A stretch of 64,000 nt of DNA from an uncultured Chloroflexia bacterium (GTDB taxonomy: Bacteria; Chloroflexota; Anaerolineae; B4-G1; SLSP01), in the NCBI GenBank assembly GCA_963751345.1, contig CAVVUS010000022.1:128001-192000 (forward strand). The letters run 5' to 3'. Made by a program: the position numbers and the translations under genes. Shown piece after piece: positions 33,553 to 43,900 of the stretch. The notes under the pieces were generated by a model. It had not been told where the DNA came from. It worked only from the letters and a program-made list of their open reading frames with translations, and made no database searches. Numbering within the stretch: position 1 is the first letter of the stretch; each line of letters begins with the position of its first letter.

Positions 33553-33783
33553 ATGTCCGACGAGTATCATTCGTATCTGCTCCGCGTGTGGCGCGAGGCC
33601 AGCAGAATCCGGCCGACTTGGCGTTTCACGCTGAACACGCTCAGCGACGATCAGCTGCATGGTTATGCCACCCTGGACCAGGTGGTCGACTTCGTGAGAG
33701 TGCAGATGGACGAAATCGCGGCTTCAGAACCGGATCTCAGCAGCGAATCACTAGCGTTTCCATCAGATACTCGATTCGCCTGA
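33553..33783 (+). CDS. Small hypothetical protein (SYLLRxW type)
   Basis: HSYLLRVWRE..WRFTL..GYATLDQVVDFV resembles a recurrent small-protein pattern; TACGCT sits 6 nt before the ATG. Confidence 0.6.
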   Translation: MSDEYHSYLLRVWREASRIRPTWRFTLNTLSDDQLHGYATLDQVVDFVRVQMDEIAASEPDLSSESLAFPSDTRFA

Positions 33784-33831
33784 TGCGGCGCATGCACTTG
33801 TGGCCGCTGCGAGGGATACGCCAACCACGAA

Positions 33832-33858
33832 GCAGCGCCCTCATAACGGGGGCGCTGC
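33832..33858. terminator. Hairpin between convergent genes
   Basis: GCAGCGCCCTC-ATAAC-GGGGGCGCTGC. Confidence 0.55.
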
Positions 33859-33892
33859 ATCTCCTATCGAGTAGCCTGAGGAGGGTTGCGGG

Positions 33893-34740
33893 CTAGGGCT
33901 TGTTCCCCTGGCCTCCTCCCGATTCGGGCTGCCCGTTTGCAGGGCCGGACGGCTCGGGTTCCGGCTGCTGCCCGCCGTCTGAGGGACTGGTCCGGTGGCG
34001 CTGGCTCTGCCGGGAGACCCGGCATCCTCCGGTGGCCCCTGCGGCTCGCCGTCGCAATCGTTCACGCAGTCATCACTGTGGACCGTTCGGGCCAGTTGTG
34101 GGCCATTGGGACCTGAGTCCGGGGACTCGCAGGGCTCACAATCCGCATCACCCGAGCACGCCACCCCGCAGCGATGAGGCTCCTCGACGCCGTTGTCACC
34201 AAACGGGCCATCGCCAACAGGACACGTATCTCCGCAGTCGGTCGGATCGTTCGGACCTTCGGGCCGTTCGGGCCCGCGGGCTCGCCCGGGCCGTTTGAGG
34301 CGCATGGCTCGCAATCCTCTTCCCCGGTGCACGCCGCCCCACACCTATTGAGGGCCCCGGCGCCGTTGTCACCAAATGGGCCATCGCCGATGGACACGCA
34401 TCGCCGCAGTCGGCCGGACCGTTCGGACCTTCAGGCCGTTCGGACCTCCAGGATTCATCGGCCCGTTCGCGCCCGGACCATTCCCGGGGTCCGCGGGCGG
34501 ATCGCCCGGCTCGGGATCGCCGGCGGCTATTCGAAGCCGTTGCTGCAGCCGCAACATCGTCTGGATCGCCGAACCGATGGGCTCGTTCTCACACACACCC
34601 GCGCTTGCGCAGGCTTGCTCCTGTACTCGCTGCATCGTGTTGATCTGAGCAGTCAGTTGGTTGGCTATCCTCTCAGCGCTTCCCGCGGAACCGCCTAAGA
34701 GCAGGCCAAAAACAATCAGGGCTCTCGTGAGTATCAACAT
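33893..34740 (-). CDS. Secreted Gly/Pro/Asp/Cys-rich repeat protein, frameshifted
   Basis: SD GGAGGTGA and signal peptide MLILTRALIVFGLLLGGSA; ORFs 34369-34785, 34062-34397 and 33841-34344 join up. Confidence 0.65.
34100..34447. repeat. Two imperfect tandem copies (~170 bp) inside the Cys-rich gene
   Basis: CGCCGTTGTCACCAAAYGGGCCATCGCC...GCAGTCGG...GTTCGGACCTTC at about 34188 and 34361. Confidence 0.85.
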
Positions 34741-34955
34741 AATCACCTCCATGACTCTTGGACAAACGGATTGAGTGAGGACCAACTATATTGGGGATTT
34801 CCTTGATACCTACGACGCGAGAGGCATCGTTAGGATACGGCCATCCATCAGTCGGTTTCCGGCCTGGTTGCCTCGCGAGCTTTTGCTTTTCGCCAACTTG
34901 GCGTAGACTCAATCCAGCGTTCAAAGTCTTGTCGGTTAGCGAAAGGACGTGCCTC

Positions 34956-36251
34956 TTGAGCGACATAACAACCGTACCCGAGAAGTGGCGCTGGTTCCCG
35001 GAGAGCCGCTATGGGCTTTTCCTCCACTGGGGACCGTATGCTGCCTACGGACGAGGTGAACAGGTGCTCTTCCGCGAGCATCTGGATCCCCGTGAATATG
35101 AGCAACGGGCGTGCTCCTGGGACCCGGCACATTACGATCCGAGGCTCTGGGCCGAGACGGCCAAGCAAGCCGGGTTTCGATATGCCGTCCTGACCACGCG
35201 GCACCACGATGGATACTGCCTGTGGAACACATCCACGACGACCTACTCCAGCGCCGCGCAGGCACCCAAACGCGATTTCGTCGCGGAGTTCGTCGAGGCG
35301 TTCCGCGATGCAGGACTGCACGTTGGTCTCTACTACTCGCTGATCGACTGGCGGATTCCCGCCTGGTTCGAGGGACCCGAGGTGGATCCCGCGGCCTGGG
35401 CCACGATGCGCGACTACATCCATACCCAGGTCGAGGAGTTGCTGACCAACTACGGTGCCATCGACCTCTTCTGGTTCGATGGTGTCTGGCCTCGGACCCG
35501 TGAGGACCTGGCAGCCGACAACCTGGTCGCACGGATGCGATCACTGCAGCCCGATCTCCTCATCAACAACCGCCTCGGCGGACACGAGACCGGCGACATC
35601 GGCACCCCCGAACACCAGATCCAGGCCGAGGATCGCCTTTGGGAATCGTGCCAGGTCTCCACGTGGCGGCTCTGGGGTTACACTCACGGCGAGCGTTGGC
35701 GTTCCGCGGACAAGCTACTCGATATGCTCTGCGAGTGCGCGAGCAAAGGGGGAAACCTGTTGCTCAACGTCGGCCCCCAAGCCGACGGACAGCTCCCACC
35801 TGAATTCGTCACCCGCGCCCTCGACATCGGTCGCTGGCTCGACATCCATGGCGAAGCCATCTACGGCAACGATGGCGGCGACGTGACGGAGTTCATCACG
35901 CGGGGGTGGCAGACCACAAAGGACAATGACCTGTTCCTCATTTTCCGCTTCTGGGACGGCTGCCCCACGCTGCGTCTCGCGGACCTTGTCACGCCGGTGG
36001 AACGTGTTGAGCTGCTCACAACGGGCCAATTGCTCCCCTTCGAGCAAAAGGGCGAAGAACTCTTCATCTACAGGCTGCCCTGCATCCCGCCGGCCCAGCT
36101 TTTCCCCGTGATCAAGATCACGTGCGCGGGCAAGCCAGAGGCCAACCAGTGGGGCACAGAGCGTCTCTGGGGCGGAGATCCGCAGCGAGTCGCGGATTGG
36201 GCACGTAAGAGGGCGGTCAGCGACTGGCAATCAGCCATCAGCAAGGAGTAG
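34956..36251 (+). CDS. Alpha-L-fucosidase, GH29
   Basis: YGLFLHWGPY, TTRHHDGYCLW, GLYYSLIDW, LFWFDG, INNRL and GNLLLNVGP. Confidence 0.92.
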   Translation: MSDITTVPEKWRWFPESRYGLFLHWGPYAAYGRGEQVLFREHLDPREYEQRACSWDPAHYDPRLWAETAKQAGFRYAVLTTRHHDGYCLWNTSTTTYSSAAQAPKRDFVAEFVEAFRDAGLHVGLYYSLIDWRIPAWFEGPEVDPAAWATMRDYIHTQVEELLTNYGAIDLFWFDGVWPRTREDLAADNLVARMRSLQPDLLINNRLGGHETGDIGTPEHQIQAEDRLWESCQVSTWRLWGYTHGERWRSADKLLDMLCECASKGGNLLLNVGPQADGQLPPEFVTRALDIGRWLDIHGEAIYGNDGGDVTEFITRGWQTTKDNDLFLIFRFWDGCPTLRLADLVTPVERVELLTTGQLLPFEQKGEELFIYRLPCIPPAQLFPVIKITCAGKPEANQWGTERLWGGDPQRVADWARKRAVSDWQSAISKE

Positions 36252-36327
36252 AAGAGGTAGGAAGTAAGGTTGCTCGTGACCCGTTGCCGCTCACTCGTCA
36301 CATCCGGTCACCGCGTCATCTCGTCAC
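36216..36327. repeat. Degenerate short-period repeat tract
   Basis: TCAGCNA-like heptamers, then GGAGTAG/GAAGTAA, then four GTCAC/GTCAT units. Confidence 0.5.
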
Positions 36328-36345
36328 TATACGAAAGGATCTCAA

Positions 36346-37101
36346 ATGTCACGCATACCTATTGCTTTACAGCTCTATTCCGTCCGTGAGGACTGCCAGG
36401 CCGACTTCCCCGCGACGCTGAAGGCGGTCGCCGACATGGGATACGAGGGCGTCGACTTCGCCGGCTACTACGGCTACGATGCCGCGGCTATTCGCAAGAT
36501 GCTTGATGACCTGGGCCTCGGCGTCGCCGGCTGTCACACCGGCATCGACACACTCACGGGCGACGAGTTGGCCAAGACCGTTGAGTTCAACCATATCCTC
36601 GGGAACAAGTACCTGATCGTGCCCTCGATTCCTGACGCGTACCGCGACTCGGTCGATGCCTGGAAGCGGACCGCCGACCTTCTCAACGGGATCGCAGCCA
36701 AGCTCGAGCCCGAGGGCATGGTCACCGGTTACCATAACCACTTCGTGGAGTTCACGCCCTACGAGAACGGACAGAGCGGCTGGGACGTTCTCGCCAGCAA
36801 CACCGGTAAGGGCGTCGTGCTGCAGATCGACATCGGCAACGCGCTCCACGGCGGCGGCGATCCCATCGCCTGCCTCAAGCGCTATCCCAAACGCGCCACC
36901 ACCATCCACCTCAAGGCGTACGCTGCCGATAAGGATGCGGTCGTGATCGGTGAGGACGATGTGGATTGGCAGGAGGTCTTCGACATCGTGGAGGGCCAGG
37001 GCGTCACCGACTGGTACATTGTCGAGCAGGAGACCTACCCCTACCCGCCGCAGGAGTCCGCCAGGCGTTCGCTTCAAGCACTCAAGGCGATGGGGAAATA
37101 A
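36346..37101 (+). CDS. Sugar phosphate isomerase/epimerase (xylose-isomerase-like TIM barrel)
   Basis: IALQLYSVR, GYHNH, QIDIGN, IHLK and IVEQE. Confidence 0.9.
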   Translation: MSRIPIALQLYSVREDCQADFPATLKAVADMGYEGVDFAGYYGYDAAAIRKMLDDLGLGVAGCHTGIDTLTGDELAKTVEFNHILGNKYLIVPSIPDAYRDSVDAWKRTADLLNGIAAKLEPEGMVTGYHNHFVEFTPYENGQSGWDVLASNTGKGVVLQIDIGNALHGGGDPIACLKRYPKRATTIHLKAYAADKDAVVIGEDDVDWQEVFDIVEGQGVTDWYIVEQETYPYPPQESARRSLQALKAMGK

Positions 37102-37104
37102 GAC

Positions 37105-37164
37105 GCGTTGGCACGTTAGCACGTTTGAACGTGGCAACGTTACAACGTTCAAACGTGCTAACGT
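37105..37164. repeat. Octamer-periodic ACGT palindromic element
   Basis: ACGT at 37113, 37121, 37129, 37137, 37145, 37153 and 37161; perfect 20-bp inverted repeat 37113-37132/37145-37164. Confidence 0.9.
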
Positions 37165-37177
37165 CGGAAATCCGACT

Positions 37178-38836
37178 ATGCCCAAGACATTCCGAAATCC
37201 GATCCTGCCGGGGTTCTACCCCGACCCCTCCATCTGCCGGGTGGGCGAGGACTTCTTCCTGATCACGTCGACGTTCGAGTACTTCCCCGGGCTGCCGGTC
37301 TTTCACAGCCAGGACTTGGTGCGTTGGCACCAGATCGGCCACGTACTCGACCGGCCGGGACAACTCAACCTGGACGGCATCCGGCCGTCCGGCGGGCTCT
37401 ACGCCCCTACGATCCGCCACCACGACGGCACCTTCTACGTCATCAACACGCTTGTGGACGGCACGGACCGCGCAGGAAACTTCATTGTCACCTCCACGGA
37501 TCCTGCCGGGTCGTGGAGCGATCCCCATTGGCTGGCAGATGCTCCGGGGATCGACCCATCGCTGTTTTTCGACGATGACGGCCGTGTCTGGTATGTCGGC
37601 AACCGCCACGCGTTCGAGGGTCGCTATCCCGGACACTGCGAGATCTGGCTGCAGGAGCTGGATCTGGAGGCAATGCAGCTCGTGGGCGAGCGGTACGTCC
37701 TCTGGGACGGGGCGGTCAAGGGCGCCGTCTATGCCGAGGCACCCCATCTCTACAAGATCGATGGGCGCTACTATCTGATGATCGCCGAGGGCGGCACGGA
37801 GCACAACCACGCGGTGACCATCGCCCGCAGCGAGGCGGTCACCGGACCGTACACGGGCAATCCGCGCAATCCCATCCTTACGCATCGCCACCTGGGGCTT
37901 GACTACCCCATCGTTGGCACAGGACACGCCGACCTTGTGGAGACCCAGTACGGGGAATGGTGGATGGTGGCGTTAGCCATGCGTCCCTACGACGGCTACT
38001 ACTACAACCTGGGCCGCGAGACGTTTCTGACACCGGTGCGCTGGGAGGACGGATGGCCCATCGTCTCTCCAGGCACCGGACGCATCGAGGCCGAGTACAC
38101 CGTGCCCAATCTACCGGGCCACGCGGGCGCCGTACCCGAGGAGGCGCCGGAGTCGACCTGGCGCGATGACTTCGACGATCCGGTCCTGGCCCTCGAGTGG
38201 AACTTTCTGCGGACGCCGCGGGAGCCCTTATGGAGCCTTCAGGAGCGACCCGGTCACCTGCGCCTCTGTCTGCGGCCCCAGCAGTTGGCCGAGCGGGACA
38301 ACCCCACCTTCCTGGGACGGCGTCAGCAGCACCGGGACTTCGTCGCGCAGGCCGCTATGGATTTCGCGCCCGCTGCCTCAAACGAGTGCGCGGGACTGGC
38401 CTTGATCCAGAACAATGACTATCACTTCAGGTTCGTCTGCAGGCAGGATGAAGAGGGGCTGCGGGTCGTACGTCTGATCAAGCGCCTCAGCGGCGTCGAG
38501 ACGATCCTGGGCGAGAAGGCCGTGGCCGACGGGCGGCTCTATCTCGAGGTGGTGGCCAATGGGCAGGACTACAATTTCTACGCCGGCACGACACCCCCAC
38601 CCCAGCCCTCCCCCACCGGGGGAGGGAATCTTCTCCCGCCCCCTCCGGGGCAGGCCGTCGCCAGTCCGCCGGCGCCGGGAGGAGGAGTGGTTGCGGAGCA
38701 CGTCGACGGGCGCCTGCTCAGCACCCCCATCGCCGGTGGCTTTACCGGCGCCTACATCGGAATGTACGCCAGCAGCAACGGAGCCCCCAGCGAAGCCGTC
38801 GCCGACTTCGACTGGTTTGAGTACCGGGGCACCTAA
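37178..38836 (+). CDS. GH43 beta-xylosidase/arabinofuranosidase with C-terminal ConA-like domain
   Basis: NPILPGFYPDPSICRVG, YAPTIR, IDPSLFFDDDG, EAPHLYK, GHADLV and GGFTGAYIGMYA. Confidence 0.95.
   Translation: MPKTFRNPILPGFYPDPSICRVGEDFFLITSTFEYFPGLPVFHSQDLVRWHQIGHVLDRPGQLNLDGIRPSGGLYAPTIRHHDGTFYVINTLVDGTDRAGNFIVTSTDPAGSWSDPHWLADAPGIDPSLFFDDDGRVWYVGNRHAFEGRYPGHCEIWLQELDLEAMQLVGERYVLWDGAVKGAVYAEAPHLYKIDGRYYLMIAEGGTEHNHAVTIARSEAVTGPYTGNPRNPILTHRHLGLDYPIVGTGHADLVETQYGEWWMVALAMRPYDGYYYNLGRETFLTPVRWEDGWPIVSPGTGRIEAEYTVPNLPGHAGAVPEEAPESTWRDDFDDPVLALEWNFLRTPREPLWSLQERPGHLRLCLRPQQLAERDNPTFLGRRQQHRDFVAQAAMDFAPAASNECAGLALIQNNDYHFRFVCRQDEEGLRVVRLIKRLSGVETILGEKAVADGRLYLEVVANGQDYNFYAGTTPPPQPSPTGGGNLLPPPPGQAVASPPAPGGGVVAEHVDGRLLSTPIAGGFTGAYIGMYASSNGAPSEAVADFDWFEYRGT
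38593..38688. repeat. GC-rich palindromic element inserted in frame in GH43
   Basis: CCCCCACCCCAG-CCCTCCCCC-ACC-GGGGGAGGG hairpin plus a second G/C half, encoding PPPQPSPTGGG...PPAPGGG. Confidence 0.7.
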
Positions 38837-39555
38837 GGTGTGCGATCGAAGAGCTGCGTGCGGAAGTCGATCAACATGTCCCGCATCAGCCTGATCGATG
38901 CCGTGAGCTGCGGCTGATCCTCGAGCGGGAACGTGATATCGATCGGCATGTGGACCGGCACCTCAACGTTGAACGGGAAATCCATCTGCACCGGCACGGT
39001 CACCGTCGTGCTCACGTCGACCGCGGTATCCACGTAGACGGTGGTGTTGATGGGAACCCGGAAGGTCTGAGGCCCGAGTATGCCCAGGTTGACGACGACA
39101 GGCACGACCCCCTGGAAGGGCACGTTGCCCTGGAACGGCACCGTCCCCGAGAAAGGAAACGCGATCGTCTGGCTGATGGGCATGGTCCCGGAATAGGCGA
39201 TCGTGTCGGAGAAGACGTAGTTGAAGTCGATGTTCCCAAAGGTGAAGTTGTCCAGCGCCGCGATGGACTGATCCATAATGTCGCGTCCCACAGCTTGCGT
39301 CGCGAGCAGTTCTCGGACCAGCAGCGCATTCACCGCCAGGGAGAGCGCTGCCAACAGCAGCGCGGCGATGGCCACAACCGCCAGCACCCATCGAAAGCGA
39401 CCTGCACGCCTTTCGCGAGGTTCACTCTCTGCGGTGTCCGTGACTGACGGGGCCAGGGAGCTCTCCTTTCTTGCCACATTCTGCGTGGGAGGAAAGGGTC
39501 TCCTACGAGCCGGGGAATCCTGAACCTCGTTTGACGGCGATTGGGTCTCGTCCAT
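38833..39555 (-). CDS. Single-pass membrane protein with a beta-rich extracytoplasmic domain
   Basis: One TM helix followed by FPFSGTVPFQGNVPFQGVVPV-type strands; SD AGGAGA. Confidence 0.7.
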   Translation of the reverse strand: MDETQSPSNEVQDSPARRRPFPPTQNVARKESSLAPSVTDTAESEPRERRAGRFRWVLAVVAIAALLLAALSLAVNALLVRELLATQAVGRDIMDQSIAALDNFTFGNIDFNYVFSDTIAYSGTMPISQTIAFPFSGTVPFQGNVPFQGVVPVVVNLGILGPQTFRVPINTTVYVDTAVDVSTTVTVPVQMDFPFNVEVPVHMPIDITFPLEDQPQLTASIRLMRDMLIDFRTQLFDRTP

Positions 39556-39627
39556 AGCGATAGCTCTCCTATAACATACGTAAGCCGCGAATCCAAGACC
39601 TTCCCGAAAGCGAAGACGCCGGCACTC

Positions 39628-40974
39628 TCAGTCCTCCGGTGACTGCCGCAAGGGAGTCCGGCGAGCGGCTGCCCCGGAGCGGCGATTCCACTCCAATGCG
39701 ATGAGGGTGGCCAACGGACTGTGCGTGTGGCGCCACGTCTGCCGGGCGCGGCGTAACAGCGCGCCCGGGCGGTTGAGCCGCGAGATGAGACGCCGAGCGC
39801 CTTCCTGGAGCTCTCGCGGCGTCATCTGGGCAGGCCGAAAGCAGACGGTGTCCTGGGTATAGACTGCGTAGTCCTCGGGGAAGTCCGTATAGAGCAACCG
39901 CCCCTCGGCAGCCAGCCGCTCCCATAGATCCGTGCCTGGCGTCGGCGCCAGGATGTTGATCAACGCGCAGTCAATCTGAGTCTCCAGAATGAACTGCTCA
40001 AGTTGCCCGAAAACGTCGGGGGTATCGTCGTCCAGCCCGACAATGAAGCTCCCGTAGACGCTCAACCCGTGCCGGTGCAGGTTCGCCAGTCGCCGGCGAT
40101 AGCCCTCAGCATTCGTCTCGAGCAGGTTGGGCTTCCCCATATGCGACAGCGCCTCAGCGTTCAGCGATTCCAGACCGACGAAGACGTAGATGCAGCCGGC
40201 CCGTTTCAGCCATACTAACAGCTCATCTCGATCGGCGAGCGTCAGCGCGCCCTGGACTGCCAGTGGCCGCCGGACACCCCGGGACACCATCTCGCGACAC
40301 AGCTCGATCACGCGATTGGGGGACTGGGTCAGGTTGTCATCGGCCAGAAAGACGAGCTTTCTCGGGCTCAGGGTTTCCAGCTCGTCGACCACCTCGCTCA
40401 CGGGGCGAACCCGGTATCGCTGGTCATAGAAACGCCAGATCGAGCAGAATTCACAGTGCCCACCACATCCCTTGGAGGTGATGGCAACTTGGGCAAAGTA
40501 GCCCCCCGGATAGACATCGCGACGCGGTCTCAGCAAGGTGTCGAGGCTGCCAAAGCCGCCCTCGTACCGCGGCTGCAGCGCGCCGGATTCGAAGTCCGAT
40601 AGCACCCGGGGCCATACACCCTCAGCCTCGCCGACCACCACGCTATCCACGTACCGGCCCGCCTCTTCGGGCAGTGCCGACGCGTGGACGCCACCGATGA
40701 CCACAGCCGCACCCGCAGCGCGATACCGCTCTGCCAACGCGTAAGCGCGAGGCGCGTTCGGTGTGAGCGCCGTCAGTCCCACGACGTCGGGGCTCCACGC
40801 AAGCCCGTCCTCGACACGTAAGTTCTCGTCGATGATCCTGATCTCCCACGAAGGGGGCGTGAGCGCTGCCACGTATCCCAGGTTGAGCGGCGGGATCGGG
40901 AACTGCGCCGGCCCGCGATGGACACGCCCATCGACCATGTGAGCGGGGTTGATCAGCAGCAAACGATGTGTCAC
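39628..40974 (-). CDS. Cobalamin-binding radical SAM protein
   Basis: PPLNLGYVAALTP, IGGVHAS, CGGHCEFC (CxxxCxxC), ADDN, FVGLES and APTPGT; its GTG start overlaps the ABC gene stop. Confidence 0.92.
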   Translation of the reverse strand: MTHRLLLINPAHMVDGRVHRGPAQFPIPPLNLGYVAALTPPSWEIRIIDENLRVEDGLAWSPDVVGLTALTPNAPRAYALAERYRAAGAAVVIGGVHASALPEEAGRYVDSVVVGEAEGVWPRVLSDFESGALQPRYEGGFGSLDTLLRPRRDVYPGGYFAQVAITSKGCGGHCEFCSIWRFYDQRYRVRPVSEVVDELETLSPRKLVFLADDNLTQSPNRVIELCREMVSRGVRRPLAVQGALTLADRDELLVWLKRAGCIYVFVGLESLNAEALSHMGKPNLLETNAEGYRRRLANLHRHGLSVYGSFIVGLDDDTPDVFGQLEQFILETQIDCALINILAPTPGTDLWERLAAEGRLLYTDFPEDYAVYTQDTVCFRPAQMTPRELQEGARRLISRLNRPGALLRRARQTWRHTHSPLATLIALEWNRRSGAAARRTPLRQSPED

Positions 40975-43900
40975 TAGACGACGTCCTTGCGCTTCTGGAA
41001 GACGAGGATCGCACCCAGCAGCACCACGTCGATCACGCCCATGTTCACCCAATCTCCGATCACGCTGGAGCCATAGATGAAGTTGAACTTCTCCCAGAAG
41101 CTCTTGAGCATGCCCTCTGCGCCGCTGATCGCACGCTGGCGATCTTCCTGCGAGGTCTGGTAGACGTCCATCTGGTCTTGCCAGCCGGTCATGTCATTCG
41201 ACCAGGTATCCATACACGTCTGGACCTCATCGCCCGATGCGGAGGCAGAGGTAGTGCACTCGTTCAACCCGCTGCAGGCATCGCTGAGTCCGGACCACAT
41301 ATCCCTGAGACCACCTTCGCACTGGTTGAGGCCGTCCTGATAGCCGACCAAGGCCTGCCGGAATGTCTCACACTGCTGGACCGCCGTCTGTGCGCTGGTC
41401 CGGGAGCACTCCTGGTTGGGATCGAACGGGAGTGGATCGTGCTGGCTGGGCTCCGGCTTCGGCGGCACCTCACACGTAGCCGCTGCGGCCTCTCCGGTGT
41501 CGTTGAAGCACGCGTCAGGGCTGGGCATATCAGGCGCCACGGGCTCTTCGGCCAGGACCTCCCACGTGCTGGACGACTTGACGGCATCCAGGACACCATT
41601 CTCCAGATCCTTGTTGTTGCTGTAGGTGGTACCCTCGAAGGTGCGACCCTCAGGCTTGTCCAGCCCAAAGAACTCCGGGTTCAGCATGCCGGGGAAGTCA
41701 CTGCATCGGCTGAACATATTCGGGCCCATACAGCTACAGTTCGCCACCTTCTCTTCGTTCGACGCCTGGAGCCACTCATTCCAGCCAAGGTCTGGCCCAT
41801 CGATCGTGCGTTCCGTAGGCCAGCATGCATCGCCGGCAAGCTGTTCGCCCGTCCCGGAGAGCCGGACGAAAGCCCCAAAGGCCCAGCGAGTCGTCGCCAC
41901 CACACTGATGACCCGCCCGCCGGGAATCAGGTCCAGCGGCATCAACGCACCCGCAAAGAGGAATTGCGGGACCAGCACCAAGATCACCATCAGCAGAGCC
42001 ACCATCTGGTTGGGCGAACCTGCCGAGATGGCCAGCCCCATCAGGTAGCCGGAGAGCGAGCCGATGAAGAGCGTGATAAAGACGGCGATCCACGTGTCGA
42101 AGCTCAGGAAGGGCGGCGCAAAGCCAACAAAGATCCACTTTGCCACCAGGAAGACGATCGCCTGGTAGAACGCCAGAACCAAGCCCACCCATAGCTTCGA
42201 GAGGACGTAGGGCGCGATCTTGAGCGCAATCGCCCGCTCGCGTCTGTAGATATCGACCTCTTTGACGATCTCGCGGACGCTGGCCATTGCGCCCACCAGA
42301 ATAGAGATCAGTCCCATCATGAAGAGCATCGTCACGATGTTGAAGGCATCTCCCAGGGGAGAGCTAAAAAGCTGGCGACCCCACATAAAGTCCGCCAAGC
42401 CGATAACCGGCGATAGTGCCAGCATCAGGGCCAGGCTGGCCTTATCCTGGGTCATGATGTTCAGGTTGCGTGCCGAGAGGATGAGGAACTGCCGCAGCGC
42501 CGAGACACGCTTGACAGGCTTCTGCCGCTGGACGGCGCGCTGCTCTCGTCCGACATCCGCCTGGTCGTGCTGGATGCGGTCGACCACGTACTTACGATAC
42601 GCGGCAGAGCCGCGGAAGCGATCGTCCCACTCCTGGGGTTCGCCGCGCTGCTCGTCCTCCAGGATCGTATAGATATCATCGAACTCGATGTCCTTGATGC
42701 GGCGCTCGTACTCGGTCCTGTATTCATCGAAGTAGACGAGCGCTTCCTCCGGCGGGCCAAACCAGGCAATACGGCCACCCCGCACAAGGATGATGACCTT
42801 ATCGCACATCATGACGTTCTTTGTCGCGTGAGTAATCAGCATGATGGTGCGGCCCTGATCGGCCAGCTTGCGCAGCAGGCGCATCATGTTGTATTCCGTG
42901 CCCGGGTCCAGGCCGGAGGTCGGCTCATCCAGGAAGAAGAGCCGTGGCTTCGTCAGCAGCTCCACGCCGATGGAAACACGCTTCAACTGACCGCCCGACA
43001 GCTTATGGATGGGCAGGTCCTTGCGCTCATCCAGATCCAGATCGCTCAGGACCTGCATGATACGCTGATGACGTTCCTCCAATGTCGTGTCTGCAGGCAT
43101 CCGGAGCTGCGCGGCATAGTCGAGCGCCTTGTAGACGGTGAGCTCCATGTGAACGATATCTTTCTGCGGCACGTAGCCCATATCGTTCCGGAACATGTCG
43201 AAATTCTCGTAGAGGTTCGTGCCGTTGGCCAGGACCGTCCCGTGGGTCGCGGGGCGGAAACCATTGATCGCGTCCATCAGCGTCGATTTGCCGGCACCGG
43301 ACAGGCCGACCAGCGCCACGAACTCCAGCGGCTGGATCGACAGCGAGATATCCTTCAGCAGGTTGAGATCCTTGGTCACCCACTTGTTCAGGCGGATCAC
43401 ATCGAGGCTCACGCCCTCTTCGGCAAGTTGTTGCACCTGGCCGGCAGCCAAACGCAGCTTGACGGGTCCGATGCGGATCTCGTCGCCATCCTGCAACCAG
43501 GCCTCTTCATCAATCCGCTGCCCATTGACGAAAACGCCATTCGAGCTCTTGAGATCCTTGATGCGGCGGCGCGTCCCCAGCCGCTCGATCAGCGCGTGGT
43601 AGCGACTGACCATCGGATGATCGAGCGTGATGGTGTTGTCGGGCGCACGCCCGATGGTGACCGTCTCCGCGGTCTCCATCGACAGCATCCGCGTGACGCC
43701 GCGCGGGCGCTCGGCACCGGCCGGCCCGGCTGCAGCGCGGGGACCCACCGGACGGAAAACGACGGGCGGCGTCGGCTGAATGCGCACCTGGGGTGCGACC
43801 GCAGCCGGGGCCGGTGCCTGGGCCGAGATCGGCCGCACGCCCAGGGCGAACTCGTGGAGCTGGATCATGTCACCGGGCCGCAGGGATTCCGCCCTGCGAG

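Noticed and set aside
33893-34740. Cys-rich repeat protein as the DUF692 substrate
   Set aside because: It is about 15 kb away in an unrelated context, with no linking evidence.
34790-34930. Riboswitch between the Cys-rich gene and GH29
   Set aside because: There are short stems, but no recognisable aptamer consensus on either strand.
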